Shown piece by piece: positions 29,108 through 37,976 of a stretch of 64,000 nt of DNA; within the stretch, counting starts at the first letter, position 1, and every line of letters begins with the position of its first letter. A program made the position numbers and the translations under genes. Source of the stretch: Promethearchaeota archaeon (GTDB taxonomy: Archaea > Asgardarchaeota > Hermodarchaeia > Hermodarchaeales > Hermodarchaeaceae); NCBI GenBank assembly GCA_048938385.1, contig JBHLMG010000002.1:1-64000 (forward strand), written 5' to 3'. The notes under the pieces are model-generated. The model was not told the origin of the DNA. It was given only the letters and a program-made list of their open reading frames with translations, and ran no database searches.

Positions 29108-29661
29108 ATGTTGAAGAACGACTGGAAGAGATTGCCGAAAAACTGGCAAAACGCGTTGATACCAAAAGTTGTTACGCTTGTGGTACTTGTGTTGCTGCTT
29201 GTCCAGTCTCGCGTCTTACTGGTGGAGAACTCTATCATCCCCGTCGCGTCGTAAAAGCCACCTTGGAAGGAGAAGGTTTAGAACTCCTGGAGAAGCCAAC
29301 CTTATGGTTATGTACTAGTTGTCATGCCTGCCTTGAACATTGTCCTCAAAAGGTTCCTGTTTCCGAACTCATTCAAGACCTCCAAAACCTAGCGAGTTCA
29401 ATGGGTCTTGCTCCAGAAGATATTGTCTCGGAAGTTGAAAATATCCTCGACACCGGGTGGGCTCTCGCTCCTAACGAAACCGCGAATAGACAACGTGAAG
29501 AACTCGGTCTTCCACCTATTGCGATAAACAAACGTGGTAATAAAGACTTGATCACCATCGCTAAGGCGACTGAATTATTAACGCGTTTGGATAAAATCAA
29601 AACACACCGCCTCGCAGAAGCCCAAGCTGCAAAAGAAGTGGCTCAGGGAGGTAAAACCTGA
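29104..29661 (+). CDS. hdrC: Heterodisulfide reductase subunit C
   Basis: CYACGTCVAACP and WLCTSCHACLEHCP; overlaps hdrA. Confidence 0.93.
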   Translation: MNVEERLEEIAEKLAKRVDTKSCYACGTCVAACPVSRLTGGELYHPRRVVKATLEGEGLELLEKPTLWLCTSCHACLEHCPQKVPVSELIQDLQNLASSMGLAPEDIVSEVENILDTGWALAPNETANRQREELGLPPIAINKRGNKDLITIAKATELLTRLDKIKTHRLAEAQAAKEVAQGGKT

Positions 29662-30569
29662 TGTCTCCTAAACCCTGGGCCCTGTATATGGGCTGTGTGA
29701 TTCCGAATCGACTTCCCTATATGGAACTCGCTATGCGTGAAACCCTTCGATACTTTGAAATTGAAACTTCTGATATCAACGGTTTCACCTGTTGCCCTAA
29801 CCCCTTAACGCTTCCTCACATTGACCACCACGCAGCGCTAGCTATCAGCGCAAGAAATCTTGCCATCGCTGAAGAGCAAGGTCTCAATCTCCTTACTCCC
29901 TGTAATGGCTGTTTTGAAGCTCTAAAAGGCACAGCAATCAAGCTGAAAAACGATAAAGCCCTCCACCAAGAAATCAATGCAATCCTAGCAAAGACTGGCC
30001 ATGAATTCAAAGGCATCGTTCAAGTTAAACATTTTATCCAATTGCTCTTTGAAGACATCGGATTAGGGACTATTGCTGAATCAGTTGTGAATCCTCTCGC
30101 CGACTTGACTGCAGCAGTGCATGTGGGTTGTCATATTTTACGCCCGAGTAAATTACTCAATGTAGATGATGCACAACGACCCATGTTGTTACACCAACTT
30201 GTTCGTGCACTGGGGGCGAAAACGGTGTTCTTTCAAGACGAAATGGATTGCTGTGGGTACGGTACCCGTCCCGCAGACCGAGATCTCTCCTTACAGATGA
30301 CAGCCAATAAAATCGTGAATATGAAACGAGCTGGTGCTGAAGCATTAGTAGCTATTTGTCCTGCATGTACCTTACAGTTCGACTTGATGCAACGTCTTGC
30401 ACTCCGAAATACTGAGGACAAAACTCCTGTTCCGGTCTTCTACTACCCTGAACTTCTCAATCTCGCTTTGGGAACTCCCCCGGAAAAGTTAGGATTTAAT
30501 TCTCATCGAGTTAAAGTTGACACGGTATTGGCAAAACTGGTACCTACACATGAACAGGTCATCGGCTAA
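29661..30569 (+). CDS. hdrB: Heterodisulfide reductase subunit B
   Basis: Two CCG domains: GC..TCCP..CNGC and GCH..DCCG..CPAC..QFD. Confidence 0.94.
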   Translation: MSPKPWALYMGCVIPNRLPYMELAMRETLRYFEIETSDINGFTCCPNPLTLPHIDHHAALAISARNLAIAEEQGLNLLTPCNGCFEALKGTAIKLKNDKALHQEINAILAKTGHEFKGIVQVKHFIQLLFEDIGLGTIAESVVNPLADLTAAVHVGCHILRPSKLLNVDDAQRPMLLHQLVRALGAKTVFFQDEMDCCGYGTRPADRDLSLQMTANKIVNMKRAGAEALVAICPACTLQFDLMQRLALRNTEDKTPVPVFYYPELLNLALGTPPEKLGFNSHRVKVDTVLAKLVPTHEQVIG

Positions 30570-30664
30570 TCGCTGCAAATCCCTGAGGAACAACATCGAT
30601 TCCAAAACAATCTTTTGGAATAAAATCTCATGCTCATCTAGTCATTGGAAGGGAGCACACATCG

Positions 30665-31387
30665 ATGCAGGCAATATTGACTAAACAGATTCGGGAAAAT
30701 ACAATGAAATGGGGGGCAGATTTGGTTGGGTTTGCGCCTGTCGAACGGTTTAACCGGTATATCCTCGATAATCGTCCAACAGCTTCGTTACCTCAGGCAC
30801 GCACTGTCATTGTGTTAGGACTTCAAATGGTGGATCCCCTTCTGGATTTGTGGCTCCATGCACCACCATCTACTGGTGCTGGTCGATACACGATGGGGCG
30901 CGTCTTTGAAGATGAAATTCTGCGTGCAATCTGCTATCGTCTTGCGTTATTTATGTACAAAAACGGAATCGAAGCCAAGGTTCTTCCCTATGGACCCGAT
31001 GCTGAAGAAGACCAACAAGGATTTCTCTACTTGAAAGAAGCAGGGGTCCTAGCGGGGTTGGGAGTAATCGGGAAGAACAACCTTCTAATCAATCCTACAT
31101 ACGGACCCAGGATACGATTACGTGCTGTAGCTATCACTGTAGATTTACCTTCCAGTCGTGTAATGACTGAAAACCCCTGGTGTAACGACTGTGATCGTTG
31201 CATCCGGGCATGTCCCGTTAACGCTCTTGAGGGTGGGAAGTACAATCGAGAAAAATGCCTTACTAGCCCGTTACATCGTCGTAAATTATCACCTGCTACA
31301 GAACTCTGGTGTACGCGCTGCGCCACAGTTTGTCCAGTAGGCGCTAGCGTGCCCTCAGACGATAACCTTCGCATTAAGGTATCCTAG
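30665..31387 (+). CDS. QueG/reductive-dehalogenase-like Fe-S (probably cobalamin-binding) protein
   Basis: GADLVGFAP, AGLGVIGKNNLLINPTYGPRIRL, CNDCDRCIRACP, CTRCATVCP. Confidence 0.85.
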   Translation: MQAILTKQIRENTMKWGADLVGFAPVERFNRYILDNRPTASLPQARTVIVLGLQMVDPLLDLWLHAPPSTGAGRYTMGRVFEDEILRAICYRLALFMYKNGIEAKVLPYGPDAEEDQQGFLYLKEAGVLAGLGVIGKNNLLINPTYGPRIRLRAVAITVDLPSSRVMTENPWCNDCDRCIRACPVNALEGGKYNREKCLTSPLHRRKLSPATELWCTRCATVCPVGASVPSDDNLRIKVS

Positions 31388-31438
31388 CGAGATAAGTGAG
31401 ATTTTAAGTACCACCTATGTTGAAGAGACACTACTTCT

Positions 31439-32818
31439 TTGGAGGAAGAAATCGTGGATTCTCGTGACCTTATCATCGTTGGCGCAGGTCCTGCAGGTGC
31501 CCACTTGGCAAACCGAGCAGCACAACTCGGACTGGATGTTCTCCTATTAGAACGGCTTCCACACGACCGAGTTGGAGACAAAGTGTGTGGTGAAGGGATT
31601 GCCCTGCACCACCTCAAAAATGCCGGAATTCCTTATCCGGTGGGTAAAGAACTTGGTAACACTATCAACGGAATTGACATTTACCCTCCCAGCATGAAAA
31701 ACTATGTCACTGTGAGTCAACGGATGGAAGGAGAGCCCTGTGACGGGTGGACTATTGATCGCCTCTATTTCGGTCAACGCCTCCTCAAATATGCTGTAAA
31801 ATCAGGCGTAACAATTCATGATAACGCTCATGTACTTGAACCGATTCAGGACAACGGTACGATCATCGGTGTCAAATATAAGGACATCAAAAAGAACCAG
31901 TTGAAGGAAGCGTATGCCAAAGTTACCGTTGACGCTAGCGGGATGTCAGCCACATTACGACGTAAAATACAACATCCTTTCATTGAACGCACCATTGCTC
32001 TCAGCGACCAAGCCGTCTGCTACCGAGAGATTCTCGAACTCCAAAAGCCCTTCGAACCTGCCGACCGCTGTTGGATTATCATGGACGATCGGTACAGTCC
32101 AGGTGGCTACACATGGATCTTTCCTCGTGGCGAGAGAATCGTGAATGTGGGTCTCGGCACACAGGGAGGTTGTGGGCACAAGCCCAAAGGACTTTACCAA
32201 CAATTCAAAACGAATAATCCAATCTTTAAGGGAGCCAAGGTACTTCATGGTGGAGGTGGTGCTGCACCCATCCGGCGACCCCTTTGGAGCTATGTAGCCA
32301 ATGGTGTAGTTTTCATCGGGGACACCGCCTGTCATGTTAATCCCATTCATGGCGGCGGAATAGGTTCCTCCATCGAAGCAGGGCATGTCCTTGCTCCCAT
32401 TATTAAAACCGCTATTGAAGCCGATGATGTTTCCCTTGAAGGGCTATGGCAGTTTAATATTGAATACAATCGGGAACATTACGGACAAAAAATTGCCTCT
32501 CTTGATATAATGCGTCGACTACTCCAGGAAGTAGGAAATGAAGAATTCGAATATGTTATCAACAATCGTATCATTACAACCGATGATTTACTCCGTGCTA
32601 ATGCTGGAGAGGGTATTCAACTGTCTGCAATGGATAAAGCCAGTCGGTTCCTTCGGGGGCTGAGCCGGTTAAGGTTACTTCGGCGAATCCAGAAGGCATC
32701 AAAAGCGATGGGTGAGATGCTTCATCTTTACCAGAACTTCCCTGAAACACCAGAGACTTTTCTCAACTGGAAACAGCAAATCAAGCAAATCTACTTGGAT
32801 ATGGGTTACCAACCCTGA
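31439..32818 (+). CDS. Geranylgeranyl reductase (DGGGPL reductase-like)
   Basis: IVGAGPAG, KVCGEG, PGGYTWIFP, NVGLG, GDTACHVNPIHGGGI. Confidence 0.9.
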   Translation: MEEEIVDSRDLIIVGAGPAGAHLANRAAQLGLDVLLLERLPHDRVGDKVCGEGIALHHLKNAGIPYPVGKELGNTINGIDIYPPSMKNYVTVSQRMEGEPCDGWTIDRLYFGQRLLKYAVKSGVTIHDNAHVLEPIQDNGTIIGVKYKDIKKNQLKEAYAKVTVDASGMSATLRRKIQHPFIERTIALSDQAVCYREILELQKPFEPADRCWIIMDDRYSPGGYTWIFPRGERIVNVGLGTQGGCGHKPKGLYQQFKTNNPIFKGAKVLHGGGGAAPIRRPLWSYVANGVVFIGDTACHVNPIHGGGIGSSIEAGHVLAPIIKTAIEADDVSLEGLWQFNIEYNREHYGQKIASLDIMRRLLQEVGNEEFEYVINNRIITTDDLLRANAGEGIQLSAMDKASRFLRGLSRLRLLRRIQKASKAMGEMLHLYQNFPETPETFLNWKQQIKQIYLDMGYQP

Positions 32819-32904
32819 TAAGTGGTTTCAAAACTAGCTAAGCTTTTCCCCAAGTGTCCCCATTTATACATCACACTCCTCCCTTTTGAACTGTTACGCT
32901 CACA

Positions 32905-33813
32905 TTGATGGTGGTTCCCTTGGATTCTGATGTAATCCTGAACGCACACACTCGGCATGTTACGGCTCTTCTTTTCACTCCTGATAAAACAGTATTGCTT
33001 TCAGCTGGTATGGATAACCTCATTCAAATGTGGACGATTCCTGATTGGATCCAATCCAAGTCATTCTTCGGGCATACAAATAGCGTGAATGCCCTTGCGC
33101 TGACAGCCAAGTCTGACTTCATGATTACTGGTTCAACAGATAATACCGTCAGGGTTTGGCACTTTCCCTCTGGTGAAATTAAACACATACTAAGTGGCCA
33201 TACAAAGACAGTATCTGCTGTCGCCGCGTCTCCAGTAGCGAACTACATCGCGACTGGTTCTTACGATGGGACGGTGAAGGTATGGGATGTAGTGTCTGGC
33301 GTGGAAGTCTTTTCCTTATCAGAGATTGGGCGAAATGTGAGTTCAGTAACATTTTCCCCTGATGGACGAACCTTGGCTGCAGGCGGTTTAGGTTCGAATT
33401 TCTATCTTTGGGCTCTTCCTTCCGGTGAGCTTTGGAAGCAAATTGATGCTCATGAAACGGCGGTAAATTCGCTTGCTTTTTCACCAAATGGTGGTTTGTT
33501 TGCTTCGATTGGGTATGAACAACGCCTTAAGATATGGTCCACAGAGACCTGGCAAGAAGTTCATTCTATTGCCTTAGAATCTCGGGGAAATGATATGGCA
33601 TTTACTTCGAATAGTAAAAAATTGGCTGTGGCCATTGATTACGGGGTGCGTATTTGGAATGTCCGGACAGGTGAAGTTGATGTGCGATATGAGCTACCAG
33701 TGAAGGGAGTTTATGCTGTAGCAGTCTCGCCAAAACGGCGTTGGTTAGCTGTTGGCTCTGCTGATGGGAAGGTTTGGATCTGGGAGATTCGAAAAGGTAA
33801 GAAAACGAAATAG
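32905..33813 (+). CDS. WD40-repeat beta-propeller protein (~7 blades)
   Basis: Repeated (G/A)H...S.D..V..W units at ~42-aa spacing. Confidence 0.93.
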   Translation: MMVVPLDSDVILNAHTRHVTALLFTPDKTVLLSAGMDNLIQMWTIPDWIQSKSFFGHTNSVNALALTAKSDFMITGSTDNTVRVWHFPSGEIKHILSGHTKTVSAVAASPVANYIATGSYDGTVKVWDVVSGVEVFSLSEIGRNVSSVTFSPDGRTLAAGGLGSNFYLWALPSGELWKQIDAHETAVNSLAFSPNGGLFASIGYEQRLKIWSTETWQEVHSIALESRGNDMAFTSNSKKLAVAIDYGVRIWNVRTGEVDVRYELPVKGVYAVAVSPKRRWLAVGSADGKVWIWEIRKGKKTK

Positions 33814-33835
33814 GTTGTAAAATGGTAGTTGAAAA

Positions 33836-34043
33836 ATGGTCGAGGTCCTCGCCATCCTAGCCTAGGGGATAGGTCATCGGTTCCCCGGATGCTTTCCCAG
33901 GCATCTGCTGCTGTTACCGGGTCGGAAAAAGGAGCGAGGGCGTCGTGATTGCCTCGGCGCCCTCCACCAAGAGGCATAATCGAGAAGGATTGCCTGATCT
34001 CTTATTACCAGTAACAGGTACCCTTAGGCGAAGCCTGCTTTTT
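33836..34043. ncRNA. Candidate structured non-coding RNA (strand unresolved)
   Basis: GC-rich island between convergent genes, with multiple nested stems (see findings) and T-runs at both ends. Confidence 0.5.
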
Positions 34044-35340
34044 ATAGTGCTTGTGTATCGAAAGGCACATCTTGTGCATTTAGGTTTCTCGTAATTTCTG
34101 CTTCATTAACGCTAAAAGTCTTTGAAGGGTACAACCATCTCTGGAATCCTGATCGGAGGTTGCTCCAACTCATGGCTACTAATAACTGGAAGCCTACGAT
34201 GGATGGGGCAAACCATCGCCAGATGGCATAATCCATCCAGTATAGGGAGAAAATATCAATGTGTGTGGTTGCGGCAAAGATTACCGGGACTATCCAAAGA
34301 ACGAGGGCAAACGCACTAAGAGGTATTGGAGGAGTTCGCTTTTGTTTAATATGGCCAATAAGCCACCAACTCAAAGTTCCCCAGATGAGGATGATTTGAA
34401 GGATGAGTAGCCCATAGAAGAGAGGGATTGGAATAAAAGGAAGTACAGGGTTGGTGGGATAATAATTTGGAAAAGTTGCTGGCGCCAGTACATTGTAGGC
34501 TAGAACACCGAATCCAAACCAAAGGAACCCCGCTAAGTTCAGGATGAAAATGGGGGCGCTGGCATTCAGCATCATCTGTGGATCTGGAATGGGTTGAGCG
34601 ATTAATGTATGAAGGAGATAGAAACTCACCGCTCCTCCAAATATACTCAACAGAATCCAAATTTCACGCCATTGATGTCGCAAAAAAAACAAGACGATGA
34701 AGGCAGGAAGGGCAAACGCGTAGGTTTCTTTTATGAGAAAGGCGAAAGCGAGACCAATTCCCGCAAGCCAAGGCTTTCCTTGGTAAGCATAATGAGTTCC
34801 AAGGATGAGGAAGGGCATAGCAAACAACGATATCTGAAATAGTGGAATGATGTTGAAGAAAAAAGAGGATTGTACAAAGGTTGCAGCTAATGCTGCCCAA
34901 CCCGAGGTAGTGATTGATCGCACCGACCAAAAGGTCAGGATCAAATTCATTGCGGCTACTGATACACAAACCATAGATAGCGGAAAGACAAAGTTTGAAC
35001 CAGCCCAACCTGTCAGGAAGACCATGGGGTAGAAGATGAAGGGTGTCCGGTAAATCCGAAGGTCCCCAAGATCACCGGTCGTCAGAGCTGCATGTCGCCA
35101 CGCTGAATAGAAATCTTCACCATTCAACATATAGTAAATTACGGTCTTGTGCATAGTATCATCGTCAACACCAATGTGTGGCACAAACTGGGTGCCCCAA
35201 GAGTAGGAAAGGAACACTCCCCAAATTATGCTACATACTGCAAGCAATACGATGAACCCGAATACTCCTTCCTTCCTTAGAATAGCCCAATTTGATGGCA
35301 CAGGAGTTCTCTCTCCAAACCTGGGATGTTCTTTTTTCAT
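34042..35340 (-). CDS. Polytopic membrane protein, GT-C-type glycosyltransferase-like
   Basis: First external loop contains VDDD and YRTP; about 10 TM helices; LAFLIKE motif. Confidence 0.65.
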   Translation of the reverse strand: MKKEHPRFGERTPVPSNWAILRKEGVFGFIVLLAVCSIIWGVFLSYSWGTQFVPHIGVDDDTMHKTVIYYMLNGEDFYSAWRHAALTTGDLGDLRIYRTPFIFYPMVFLTGWAGSNFVFPLSMVCVSVAAMNLILTFWSVRSITTSGWAALAATFVQSSFFFNIIPLFQISLFAMPFLILGTHYAYQGKPWLAGIGLAFAFLIKETYAFALPAFIVLFFLRHQWREIWILLSIFGGAVSFYLLHTLIAQPIPDPQMMLNASAPIFILNLAGFLWFGFGVLAYNVLAPATFPNYYPTNPVLPFIPIPLFYGLLILQIILIWGTLSWWLIGHIKQKRTPPIPLSAFALVLWIVPVIFAATTHIDIFSLYWMDYAIWRWFAPSIVGFQLLVAMSWSNLRSGFQRWLYPSKTFSVNEAEITRNLNAQDVPFDTQAL

Positions 35341-35387
35341 AAAAGTGTCAAGTACCTACTCAAAAGGCTTCGGTATGAAAACTGGTG

Positions 35388-35750
35388 TTAGGTCATTTTG
35401 CAATAGGTACAATCAGATAGAGATTGCGCTCCACACACAGCACAGGTTGAGCGTACTTTTTGGCAAATCTCACAAACTTCTTTAGAAATTAAATTAGGCG
35501 TTATTTCCCTGTTACTGATTTTATGAGCGAGGAGGGCGATTTCATCAAGGATGAATTGCCCGAGGAGGGCTTGACCGCGTTCTCCTTTCATGTAGTGTGA
35601 TATTGTAGCTTCCGTTGTACCCAACAACTTAGACACTTGCACTTGCGTCATTCCATTGTCCACAAGGTTCTTGGCTAAAGCTGACTTGATAGCCGGTAAG
35701 TGCTCGCGAACTACTTTCTCACAAGGAAACGCCATATCCAAGACTTCCAA
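35388..35750 (-). CDS. HTH transcriptional regulator with a Cys-rich C-terminus (COG2522-like)
   Basis: FPCE..LPAIK, HTH GMTQVQVSKLLGTTEATISHY..GERG, and three CxxC motifs. Confidence 0.85.
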   Translation of the reverse strand: MEVLDMAFPCEKVVREHLPAIKSALAKNLVDNGMTQVQVSKLLGTTEATISHYMKGERGQALLGQFILDEIALLAHKISNREITPNLISKEVCEICQKVRSTCAVCGAQSLSDCTYCKMT

Positions 35751-35770
35751 TACGGATTAGCACTAATTCA

Positions 35771-35858
35771 TTAACAATGTTAAGTTTTTTCAATACTTTG
35801 GATTTAAGTGTTCGGAACTCACTAATCTCATTCCTCCAAACCAATATTGTTAAGTTTT
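35771..35858. promoter_or_regulatory. Paired candidate operators between the regulator and the cysteine desulfurase
   Basis: Palindrome TTAACA-A-TGTTAA (35771-35783) and a degenerate copy CCAATA-T-TGTTAA (35841-35853); both are followed by GTTTT. Confidence 0.6.
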
Positions 35859-35925
35859 AACTAGCATGAAGGTTTTCAAGGGAAAGCAACTTTAGGTTCT
35901 ATACTATACTTGTGGGTGAACTGGA

Positions 35926-37200
35926 ATGCAACCTGAAGATATGCGTCGAGATTTACCTATCACGCAACAATTCATCTACTTCGATAACGCTGCAACAACA
36001 CCTGTTCCAAGCCCAATCATCGACACGATCATTGAATATTTCGAAGAATATTGTGCTAACATCGAACGGGGAGCCTACTCGATTGCAGCGAAAGCATCAG
36101 ATGTTTGTGATGTAGCCCGCAACGATATTGCTACAAAATTACTGCATTGTGATGTGGAAGAATTCATTTTCACGCGGAATCAAACCCAAGCGGCTAACTT
36201 CGTTGCATATGCTTTAGAACATCCCTTTTTGAATCGTTGGAGTACAGGCTTTCAGTTTGCCCCGCCCCTTGTCAAATGGAGTCCTGAAAGCAAAATCGTT
36301 ACAACGCTACTTGAGCACCATTCTAATTTCATGCCATGGTTACGGCTGGCAAAACATGTCGGGGCTCAATTTCGTACAATTACTCCAACTCTGGATGGAC
36401 TACTACTCCCCGAAATGTTTGCGGAGGCCGTTGATGAAAACACCGCCTTTGTTGCCTTTCAACACGCTTCTAACGCAATGGGTACCAAACATGATGTACA
36501 AACGATTGTTCGTACTATTAAGGCGGTAAATCCTCAGTGCTTGGTTTTCATTGATGGTGCCCAAGCAGTAGGGCATATGCCTGTGGATGTTACGACCTTG
36601 GGGTGTGATTTTTACTCGTTTTCTGGCCACAAAGGGCCTCTGGGACCCCCTGGAACTGGAGGATTATACGTTCGCGAAGAACTTCTCCAACGCATGGCTC
36701 CGGCTGAAGTGGGAGGGGGAACTATCGCTGCCGTCACTGATAGTGATTACATGCTACGAAGAGACCACCGTGCGCGACGATGGGATGCAGGAACGCCCAA
36801 TATCATTGGACTCATTGGACTTGGCGCTGCTGTGAAATACCTGAATCGCATCGGTATTCAGAAAGTTGCTCAACAGGAGCATGTGTTAACTCGATACCTA
36901 CTCGATGGAATACGCGAGATTTCCAACCTTGTTGTGTATGGCCCTTATGAGGACATGACCTCGAAGATTGGCGCAGTATGCTTCAATATAGATGGATGGT
37001 TCTCACACGATGTGAGCCTTGCTTTAGATGCTCAATGGAAAATCCTTACCCGGGCTGGACATCATTGTTGCATGCCAATGATGAACCTACTTGGAGTATT
37101 AGAAAAATACCAAGGGAATGTCCGGGCGAGCTTCCACTACTTTAACCTCATTGAAGAAGTGGATGTCTTGGTGGGCGCCCTAAAAACCTTAGCCGGATAA
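35926..37200 (+). CDS. Cysteine desulfurase (SufS/CsdA type)
   Basis: YFDNAATT, EHHSN, DGAQ, FSGHKG, AGTPN, RAGHHC (group II catalytic Cys), RASF. Confidence 0.93.
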   Translation: MQPEDMRRDLPITQQFIYFDNAATTPVPSPIIDTIIEYFEEYCANIERGAYSIAAKASDVCDVARNDIATKLLHCDVEEFIFTRNQTQAANFVAYALEHPFLNRWSTGFQFAPPLVKWSPESKIVTTLLEHHSNFMPWLRLAKHVGAQFRTITPTLDGLLLPEMFAEAVDENTAFVAFQHASNAMGTKHDVQTIVRTIKAVNPQCLVFIDGAQAVGHMPVDVTTLGCDFYSFSGHKGPLGPPGTGGLYVREELLQRMAPAEVGGGTIAAVTDSDYMLRRDHRARRWDAGTPNIIGLIGLGAAVKYLNRIGIQKVAQQEHVLTRYLLDGIREISNLVVYGPYEDMTSKIGAVCFNIDGWFSHDVSLALDAQWKILTRAGHHCCMPMMNLLGVLEKYQGNVRASFHYFNLIEEVDVLVGALKTLAG

Positions 37201-37204
37201 TCCG

Positions 37205-37957
37205 CTACACTGATCGACGAATGCTACTACATACCGGACAATCCGCATAATATGCGATTGGAATCTGATCAAACCGGAGATCGTTCAAATCTATAAAAAG
37301 CAGGTGTCCTGCAAGTCGTGGTTTTTTTCCAAGTAAAATTCTTACCGCTTCATGAACCTGAATATTAGCTACTACGCCCAATAGTGTGGGGTAGATACCA
37401 ATAGTATCGCAGGTGGGCTGTCGTGCGTCATCTACACCACCATAAATGCATTCCAAGCAGGGCGTTTTTCCAGGGAGGATAGTAGTGAGGTTTCCTACAG
37501 CGCCTAAAGCTCCTGCAAAGGCGTAAGGGATACCTTGGCGAACGCAAGCTCTGTTGATGATGTAACGAGGTCCAAACCGGTCTAAGCCGTCAACGATGAT
37601 GTCCATTCCTCGAATAAGCTCATCAACAGTTTCTTCTGCGAGCTGTTCTTGTCGGGGCTCAATAGTGACCTCTGGGTTTAAGGGCTGTAAGCGGCGCGTA
37701 GCCAGAGCGGTTTTAGGTTTCCCGATGTCCTTCTCCCGGTATAGGAATTGGCGTTGAAGATTGGATGCATCGACTACATCAGGGTCAATGATTCGGAGAT
37801 GATCCACACCCAGGGTAGTAAACTTAGTAGCTGATATACTCCCCAACCCCCCAATACCAACAACCGCAACTTTAGCCGCTCGAATGCGTTTCAATCCGTC
37901 TTTTCCGACATCACGGAGTACTATAAACCGCTGATAACGCGCATCCTTTGAAGGCAT
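37205..37957 (-). CDS. ThiF/MoeB/UbaA E1-like adenylyltransferase
   Basis: RYQR, VVGIGGLG, DVVDASNLQRQ, PCLEC, CDTIG, CPVC. ATG at 37957 is preferred because the track start overlaps the upstream gene. Confidence 0.93.
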   Translation of the reverse strand: MPSKDARYQRFIVLRDVGKDGLKRIRAAKVAVVGIGGLGSISATKFTTLGVDHLRIIDPDVVDASNLQRQFLYREKDIGKPKTALATRRLQPLNPEVTIEPRQEQLAEETVDELIRGMDIIVDGLDRFGPRYIINRACVRQGIPYAFAGALGAVGNLTTILPGKTPCLECIYGGVDDARQPTCDTIGIYPTLLGVVANIQVHEAVRILLGKKPRLAGHLLFIDLNDLRFDQIPIAYYADCPVCSSIRRSV

Positions 37958-37976
37958 GAGGCGATCTCCAAAGCGA

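Noticed and set aside
32905-33813. Calling the WD40 protein a CIA1 ortholog
   Set aside because: It lacks recognisable CIA1-specific motifs (GHENEVK, HTQDVK) and looks like a generic propeller. It is kept only as a hypothesis.
33915-33969. SRP helix-8-like (CCGGGTCGGAA..GGAGC) and tRNA/tmRNA-like (CCCTCCACCA) strings
   Set aside because: The tetraloop pairing does not fit helix 8, the region is too short for archaeal SRP RNA, and there is no T-arm or cloverleaf.
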